From Dehalococcoidia bacterium (GTDB taxonomy: Bacteria; Chloroflexota; Dehalococcoidia; Lucifugimonadales; UBA3495), in assembly GCA_965247605.1 (NCBI GenBank), contig CBDFHM010000011.1:327930-391929 (forward strand): a DNA stretch of 64,000 nt, given 5' to 3'. The notes below the pieces were generated by a model, which was given only the letters and a program-made list of their open reading frames with translations, was not told where the DNA came from and did no database searches. The position numbers and the translations under genes are program-made. Positions 58,072-64,000 of the stretch are shown here, one piece after another (position 1 is the stretch's first letter; each line of letters starts with the position of its first letter).

Positions 58072-61000
58072 CTTCGTATACGCCGAACTCCACTGCCACA
58101 GTAACTACTCTTTCCAGGAGGGGGCCTCCTCCGTGGAGGAGCTGCTGGTACGCTCCAGGGACCTGGGCTACCAGGCCCTGGCCCTGACCGACCACGACAA
58201 CCTATGCGGGGCGATGCACTTTGCCCAGGTTGCCCGGAGCCTGGACGTGCAGGCCATCACCGGAGCGGAGGTCACCCTCAAGGACGGCTCCCACCTGACC
58301 CTTCTGGCCGAGACGCGGCAGGGATACAGCAACCTGTGCCGGATGATCTCCTACTCCCACATTGCCGGCGATCGCAGGAACCCCGGCCTGGAGCTCAAAT
58401 ACCTGCCGGAGTTGGCCCAGGGCATCATCCTGCTCACCGGCTGCCGGCAGGGGCCGGTGCCGGCCCTTGTGGCCCAAGGACGCCACCGGGAGGCCGAAGA
58501 CGCGCTGGCCCAGTACCTGGACTGGTTCGGTACGGCCAACGTCTTCGTGGAGCTGCAGCAGAACCTGATCAAGGGCGACACCACGCGTAACCGGCGGCTC
58601 ATGGAGCTGGCCCGCAAGTTTGACCTCGCGCCGGTGGCCACCAACAACGTCCACTACCACATCCCGGAGCGCCACCGGCTCCAGGATGCCCTGGTGGCCA
58701 TCCGCAACAACCAGAGTCTGGAGGAGACCCACCGGGAACGCCGCCCCAACGGGCAGTTTTACCTCAAGCCTCCGGCGGAAATAGCGGACCTGTTTCGTGA
58801 GTGCCCCCAGGCCGTGGCGAACACCCTGCGGATAGCCGGCCGGTGCACCTTTGACATTACCAGGGACCTGGGCTACCGGTTTCCCGACTACCCGGTGCCC
58901 CAAGGTTTCACTTCCCAGAGCTACCTGGAGCACCTGTGTTACCAGGCCGCCGAACGCCGCTACGGCGGCATCAACGAAAAAGTAAAGACGCGGCTGGAGG
59001 AGGAGTTTCGCCTGATCCAGAAACATGACCTGGCGGGGTTCTTCCTGATTTACTACGAGATCATTCAGATGGCCCGGCAGATCATGATCGAGCTGGGCCT
59101 GAGCGAGGTGGAGATACCCCTGGAAGAGCGTCCGCCGGGAAGGGGCAGGGGCTCCTCGGTGGCCATGCTGGTGGGCTACCTCATCGGTCTCTCCCACATC
59201 GACCCACTGGAGTTCAACCTCTCCCTGGATCGTTTTCTCTCCGACGACATGGGCTCGGTCCCCGACATCGACCTGGACTTTCCCCGCAACATCCGGGAGG
59301 AGCTGATCAAGCGGGTGCACCAGAAGTGGGGATGGGACCATGCCACCCTCACCGGGATGATCAGCACCTATCGGATGAAGGGCGCCATCCGGGACCTGGG
59401 CAAGGCATTGGGGCTTCCTTCACAGGAGGTGGACAAGCTGGCCAAGCGGGTAGATTCTCACAGTGCCAGGGAGCTGGAGCTGGAGATGCGGTCGCTGCCC
59501 GAGTTCCGGGAAAAGGTGGACTTTCCCGGGTGGCGCGACCTCATCGACCTGGCGGCCCAACTGGACGGGTTCCCCAAGTACCTGGCCCAACACCCCGGCG
59601 GCATGATTATCAGCTCCTCTCCACTCATCGACATGGTGCCGGTGCAACAGGCGGCCATCGATGAGCGCTACATCTGCCATTGGGATAAGGACAGCATCGA
59701 CCAGGCCGGCTTCGTGAAGATCGACTTTCTGGCCCTGGGCGCCTTGTCCCAGATGCAGGAAACCCTCCAGCTTATCGAGGAGCGGGAGGGCCACTACATC
59801 GACCTGAGCCGCATCGATTTCGAGGACCAGGCAGTGTACGGGATGATGCACCGGGCCGATACCATCGGAATATTCCAGGTGGAGTCGGCGGCCCAGATGC
59901 AGACCGTCCCCCGCATCAAGCCCGTGAACCTGACCGACATGGCCTATGAAGTAGGGGCGGTACGTCCCGGCGTTGGGGTCAACGACGGGGTCACCCAGTT
60001 CATTCAGCGGCGTACGCAGAATGTACCCTGGGACTACGACCATTCCTTGGAACGGCGGGCCCTGGAACGGACCCTGGGCATCATCCTGTTTCAGGACCAG
60101 GTAAACCAGGTGGCCATGGACGTGGCCGGGTTCACCGCCGTGGAGGCGGACCAGCTCCGGCGGGCCTTTAACCGGAGGAACAACCAGGACTTGATCGCTT
60201 TCTACTGGGAAAAGTTTCGGCAGGGGGCCGTTGACCTGGGCGTTCCCGAGGACGTGGCCCAGAAGATCTTCAAGAAGTTCAATGGCCACTATATGTTTCC
60301 CGAGTCCCACGCCTTCGCCTTTGGCGCCACCGCTTACCATATGGCCTGGCTCAAGTATTACTATCCCTTGGAATTCTTCGTCGCCATCTTCAACCAGCAG
60401 CCCATGGGGTTCTACAATACGGAAACCTTGAAGGAGGATGCCCGGCGCCACGGAATAACCGTCCTCAACCCGGACATCAACGCCAGCATGGAGAAGTGCA
60501 TCGTCAAAGACGAGTCCCTGCTGCTGGGGTTCCTGTATGTAAGAGGTGTGGGAGAAACTGGTGCGGAGGCGATTGTCCAGGCAAGGGAGGGGGATGGCCC
60601 CTTTGCCAGCCTGGCCGATGTGATGCAGCGGACCGGGTTGCAGCAAGAAGCCGTGGAGAACCTGGTGAAGGCCGGGGCCTTGGACTCTCTGCAAACTGTT
60701 GCGGGAATCCCCCCTAGCCCCCCTGAAATCCCCCCAACCCCCCTTTACGAAAGGGGGGCACGGGGGGATTTTGGTGAGCCCTCAGGCGGTGTAAGGGCGA
60801 TTCGCGAATCGCCCCTACAAGACACACCTGTTGAACCCGTTCGTGGTGAGCTTGTTGAACCACGAGCGGTGCCTGGCTCGGTGCCTGGTTCAATCGAAAA
60901 ACCGGACCGGGACAAGCCGGACCGCAGGACAGCCCTATGGGAGGTGGGGCTGCGCTATCACCCCGTTGGATACCAGCAGCCGCTGCCCCTTCCCGTGGAG

Positions 61001-61429
61001 CAGGACATGGCCCAGTTACCTCAGCAGAGCGGGTGGGACGTCATGGTTGATGAATACCATACCCTGGGCCTGCATCCAGCGGGGCACCTGATGGCTATGC
61101 TCAGGCCTCATCTTGCCCCGGGGATTTTGAGCAGCCGGGAAGTCCCGGAACTGGCCGATGGCACGGAGGTAACGGTGGCCGGCCTGGTAATCCGCCGGCA
61201 GCGGCCCTTGGCCAAGGCGGTGTTTATCACCCTGGAGGATGAGTTCGGGCATGTCCCCCTGGTGGTATGGCCCAAGGTCTTTTTTCGATACCGCCGGGTG
61301 ATACGCGAGCCGGTGCTCATTGTGCGCGGCACGGTTTCCAAGCGGGATGGCACCATGAACATAGTGGCCCGGCACGTGGTCAGCGCCAGGAGCGCCCGCC
61401 ATTTACCCAAGGCGAAAAACTGGCAGTAG
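58061..61429 (+). CDS. dnaE2: Error-prone DNA polymerase III alpha subunit DnaE2 (with in-frame insertion of about 75 aa)
   Basis: PHP domain YAELHCHSNYSFQEGASSVEEL, the polymerase core, HhH, and a C-terminal OB fold (VTVAGLVIRRQRPLAKAVFITLEDEFGHVPLVVWP). Lies downstream of imuB. Confidence 0.9.
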   Translation: MTDSFVYAELHCHSNYSFQEGASSVEELLVRSRDLGYQALALTDHDNLCGAMHFAQVARSLDVQAITGAEVTLKDGSHLTLLAETRQGYSNLCRMISYSHIAGDRRNPGLELKYLPELAQGIILLTGCRQGPVPALVAQGRHREAEDALAQYLDWFGTANVFVELQQNLIKGDTTRNRRLMELARKFDLAPVATNNVHYHIPERHRLQDALVAIRNNQSLEETHRERRPNGQFYLKPPAEIADLFRECPQAVANTLRIAGRCTFDITRDLGYRFPDYPVPQGFTSQSYLEHLCYQAAERRYGGINEKVKTRLEEEFRLIQKHDLAGFFLIYYEIIQMARQIMIELGLSEVEIPLEERPPGRGRGSSVAMLVGYLIGLSHIDPLEFNLSLDRFLSDDMGSVPDIDLDFPRNIREELIKRVHQKWGWDHATLTGMISTYRMKGAIRDLGKALGLPSQEVDKLAKRVDSHSARELELEMRSLPEFREKVDFPGWRDLIDLAAQLDGFPKYLAQHPGGMIISSSPLIDMVPVQQAAIDERYICHWDKDSIDQAGFVKIDFLALGALSQMQETLQLIEEREGHYIDLSRIDFEDQAVYGMMHRADTIGIFQVESAAQMQTVPRIKPVNLTDMAYEVGAVRPGVGVNDGVTQFIQRRTQNVPWDYDHSLERRALERTLGIILFQDQVNQVAMDVAGFTAVEADQLRRAFNRRNNQDLIAFYWEKFRQGAVDLGVPEDVAQKIFKKFNGHYMFPESHAFAFGATAYHMAWLKYYYPLEFFVAIFNQQPMGFYNTETLKEDARRHGITVLNPDINASMEKCIVKDESLLLGFLYVRGVGETGAEAIVQAREGDGPFASLADVMQRTGLQQEAVENLVKAGALDSLQTVAGIPPSPPEIPPTPLYERGARGDFGEPSGGVRAIRESPLQDTPVEPVRGELVEPRAVPGSVPGSIEKPDRDKPDRRTALWEVGLRYHPVGYQQPLPLPVEQDMAQLPQQSGWDVMVDEYHTLGLHPAGHLMAMLRPHLAPGILSSREVPELADGTEVTVAGLVIRRQRPLAKAVFITLEDEFGHVPLVVWPKVFFRYRRVIREPVLIVRGTVSKRDGTMNIVARHVVSARSARHLPKAKNWQ
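60700..60925 (+). repeat. Cluster of three hairpin-repeat modules embedded in-frame in dnaE2
   Basis: Module 1: AATCCCCCCTAGCCCCCCTGAAATCCCCCCAACCCCCCTTTACGAAAGGGGGGCACGGGGGGATTT (AATCCCCC family). Module 2: GGGCGATTCGCGAATCGCCC, a perfect 20-bp palindrome. Module 3: CCGTTCGTGG...CCACGAGCGG. Together they translate as IPPSPPEIPPTPLYERGARGDFGEPSGGVRAIRESPLQDTPVEPVRGELVEPRAV. Confidence 0.7.
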
Positions 61430-61500
61430 CGCACTCAATCCTAGCGCAAGCGGCCCACAAGCACAGCCCCCGCAAACACGGCCAGACTGAAGACGGGGGT

Positions 61501-63354
61501 TCAGTTCCCTATTAGCGACACCGGAGGAAGATACGGTCCAAGGTACTCAGCTTCCCACCAGGCGCCGTCGGCGCGTTTGGTGGAAAAATCGGTGAAACTG
61601 TATTCGTATAGCTCCGCTCGTACAAAGCGGGGCGGTTTCTCGGGAAATGGGTTGTGGTCCAGTAGTTGGAGAACGTCGGGGGACCCCTGCAACAGCCGCT
61701 CCGCGAAGCTTATGAACCATTGATTTTGCTGGTAAGTACCCAGCGCCGCGAACCACATCTGCCAGTCCAGCCGGGGTTGGTGCGGTTGCGCCCATCGTGG
61801 CATGCGGCCCAAATCACCGGGTTTATATTTGAATTCATAGTCGCTCCAGGTCTGCCCGTCGTTGGAGCCTTGAACCCGGATCTCCCGACGTGAGGTCGTC
61901 ATGTTCGCGAACAGGCCATAGGAGTTAACCACCCGGAAAGGCCCCACCCACCTCATCAGCGTGGCAGCGGGTTCGGGCACGCTGCCGGAAAACGTCCTCA
62001 CCATCTGGAATACCCCCACGTAGAGAACTAATGCCGCCAGAAGGGCCAGGGCCCCATTGCGCAGCGGTAGACGTCTTTCATCGGTCGCGGCGCGCGCAAA
62101 CAAGCCCCTGATCCACCCAGGTAGCCGGCGGCGAACGGCAGCGTCATCCAACAGAAAGAGGCACAAGCCTAAGACCAGCAGGTTGAAGAAATTGAAGTTT
62201 CCCGAGAGAAGGAATACTAGATTTAGGCCGGCTATGCAGGCGGCGGCAAAGAACCGCAATCGCCGGGGAGCGAATATCAGAAACGGGACAACCAACTCTA
62301 CGGACAGCACCATGAATACGGAAGTCTTTTGGAACCACTCGGGTAGCTGATGCAGGTACCAAGAGGTAAATAAGGGTAGGGGCTGTGTTTCAAAATGAAA
62401 GTTTAGCGCGGTGAGACCCCGCCAGGTGGGGTCCCCGCTCAGCAGCTTGACCGCGCCGGATAGAAACATGAACTTGAATACCAAGGCACGAAACAGAAAC
62501 ACCACCGCCGGTCCGGGAAGGGTGAGGAATATCGCTAGGAAACCCACTTCCAGCAGGAGGCTGTCCCACTGGAACGCCATGAACACCTGACCCGCCGAGA
62601 CCAGAGAAAGGTAGAGGATAAACAGTGGCGCCAGCCAGATGCGCGGCTTTACCCCCAGGATCAGCATGGTGGAAAATACGCCGCCGGCGGCCACCACGGC
62701 CATCAGGGCTGCGTTACTGGAGTTGATCCAGAACAGGGTTGGCACAAGCCGGTAGCTATCAAAACCCAGCGATTGGTGGACCTTATCCAGGAAATCACCG
62801 GCGGGCAAAATTCCCTGCGAGCCAATCAGGCCATTGATCTGGACCCCGAAGGAAATGAATGCAATCAAGTAGATGATGCCCAGGACCCGGAGGAACAGAG
62901 AGCAAACCAGACGGTATTCGGGCGGCTGGGGGTGCTGGCCATAAAAGAATCTGGTTGGATAGTAGAATAACGATCGATGCTCGGCGACGAAGCGATATAT
63001 CCACTGGGATAGTGCCGGGAATCCCCACAGGTGCTGGTGGAGCCAGAGAAGCCAACCCTGGCCGGGAGCGTGGTCCAGAGTTCGGAATACAGCGTGGGCG
63101 CCGGTCAGTACCTGCCCATCGGGCATAATGAGGTGTATCGCTGCTTGAAAGGCTGCGGGCGACACCTGGGGAAAATGTTGGAAGACTTCCTGGTAGGGGG
63201 CGTATGAGACCCGCTCCCCGGTTAACCGTCGCCAGTAGTCTACCCACAGGCGGCAAAAACGGCAGTCGCCGTCAAACACCAATAACGGGAGACTGGGGCT
63301 AGTTTCGTTCATTGGAGACTTGAAAGCGCTGAGTCCGCAGGCATCCTTTGACAA
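61501..63354 (-). CDS. DCC-type thiol-disulfide oxidoreductase (DUF393) fused to a lipase-maturation-factor family membrane protein
   Basis: N-terminal LLVFDGDCRFCRLWVDYW (DCC motif), then a multi-TM region, then C-terminal ...VVNSYGLFANMTTSRREIRVQGSNDGQTWSDYEFKYKPGD...RLDWQMWFAAL, typical of the LMF family. The start may be the internal Met (MNETSPS). Confidence 0.7.
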   Translation of the reverse strand: MSKDACGLSAFKSPMNETSPSLPLLVFDGDCRFCRLWVDYWRRLTGERVSYAPYQEVFQHFPQVSPAAFQAAIHLIMPDGQVLTGAHAVFRTLDHAPGQGWLLWLHQHLWGFPALSQWIYRFVAEHRSLFYYPTRFFYGQHPQPPEYRLVCSLFLRVLGIIYLIAFISFGVQINGLIGSQGILPAGDFLDKVHQSLGFDSYRLVPTLFWINSSNAALMAVVAAGGVFSTMLILGVKPRIWLAPLFILYLSLVSAGQVFMAFQWDSLLLEVGFLAIFLTLPGPAVVFLFRALVFKFMFLSGAVKLLSGDPTWRGLTALNFHFETQPLPLFTSWYLHQLPEWFQKTSVFMVLSVELVVPFLIFAPRRLRFFAAACIAGLNLVFLLSGNFNFFNLLVLGLCLFLLDDAAVRRRLPGWIRGLFARAATDERRLPLRNGALALLAALVLYVGVFQMVRTFSGSVPEPAATLMRWVGPFRVVNSYGLFANMTTSRREIRVQGSNDGQTWSDYEFKYKPGDLGRMPRWAQPHQPRLDWQMWFAALGTYQQNQWFISFAERLLQGSPDVLQLLDHNPFPEKPPRFVRAELYEYSFTDFSTKRADGAWWEAEYLGPYLPPVSLIGN

Positions 63355-63469
63355 ACAGATGTGCCCGGGTCGGCGGGATGGGCTGTAAAGCCGTGGCGTC
63401 CGCTGCCGGCTTGGACACGGACGAGGCCGTTGGGTCAGGAATTACAGTGAGCGGAGATAGAGCGGCAGC

Positions 63470-63895
63470 CTATTCGGCAGACGCCTCCAGATCGGCCTTC
63501 ATCTTGTTGAGAAACTTTTTGTCAGGGCCGGAAGCGATCATGCCAAATAGCAGCTTCATAGGCAGCATCAAGGCCGGAATCTTCGTAATCGTGCCCTGCC
63601 GAGTGACCCTGGTCCCTTCCACTTGCTGAGCGGCGGTCATGGTGAAATCCAACTCCCAGTTGTTGGGCATCACCGAGTGGAACGTGAACCGCTCGTTGGG
63701 TCTCATTTCGGTAACAGTCAACCGGTCGGGAGTCTTACCCTGGTGTGATGACGTGTAGGTGTTGCCCACCGCCGGGGGGCCTTCCTGACCGGCTTCTATG
63801 CTTAATTCGTGGGTTGCCCACTTGGTGTGGCGAGTCAGATCGCACATGGCCTTGAATACCTCGTCCACTGGTGCCTGAATGTTTATGCTGGGCAT
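63470..63895 (-). CDS. SRPBCC (START/polyketide-cyclase-like) family protein
   Basis: Start placed at MPSINIQAPVDEVFKAMCDLTRHTKW with AGGAGG 5 nt upstream. Typical SRPBCC N-terminus. Confidence 0.7.
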   Translation of the reverse strand: MPSINIQAPVDEVFKAMCDLTRHTKWATHELSIEAGQEGPPAVGNTYTSSHQGKTPDRLTVTEMRPNERFTFHSVMPNNWELDFTMTAAQQVEGTRVTRQGTITKIPALMLPMKLLFGMIASGPDKKFLNKMKADLEASAE

Positions 63896-64000
63896 TGTGC
63901 CTCCTACTGCGGTTCGTCCCACCCCAACAACACATACCACAAGCTAACGGCTATCGAATTATACTATGGACAAAGCCGGCTACACCATTGGCCTTGCTAT

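Overview
This is a 64-kb, roughly 60% GC, gene-dense bacterial chromosomal window. The gene content includes three luciferase-like flavin monooxygenases, a membrane H+-PPase, Rex, DUF3179, BtpA and imuB-dnaE2. That mix would fit a Chloroflexota (SAR202-like) aerobe, but taxonomy cannot be proven from sequence alone.

Backbone: a complete F1Fo ATP synthase operon spans 12.7-20.8 kb, headed by a bifunctional-nuclease gene and atpZ. Other housekeeping genes are hppA, rex, trxB and uvrA, plus many oxidoreductase and hydrolase genes.

Accessory content: an IS630 element with clean inverted repeats and a TA duplication, an HTH-MazF toxin-antitoxin pair, and an imuB-dnaE2 mutagenesis cassette.

Main observations:
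1. Two in-frame UGA codons sit exactly where redox cysteines belong. One is a CxxU SelW/Rdx-like gene at 22899-23153. The other is a UxxC glutaredoxin-DinB fusion at 1638-2399. Both imply selenocysteine decoding that the ORF track truncates.
2. Three interlocking short-repeat families are present: about 110-130-bp two-armed palindromic elements, heptamer GCTGAYN tandem arrays, and AATCCCCC...GGGGGATT hairpins. One palindromic element carries a GIY-YIG nuclease gene in its loop, and two empty copies lie elsewhere in the window.
3. The mutasome cassette is framed by an intact and a 5'-truncated copy of a four-helix-bundle (23S-IVS family) gene. The imuB and dnaE2 start codons are embedded in heptamer arrays. 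dnaE2 carries an in-frame insertion of about 75 aa built from hairpin repeat modules.
4. A flavin-dependent halogenase carries a C-terminal PqqD-like (RiPP recognition) extension.
5. At least 10 single-nucleotide indels, most of them in short homopolymer runs, break five genes. Nine of them fall between 24.7 and 32.0 kb.

No tRNA, rRNA or CRISPR array was recognised. All coordinates were hand-counted from the printed sequence and may be off by a few nt. Functional calls rest on motif recognition, not database searches.
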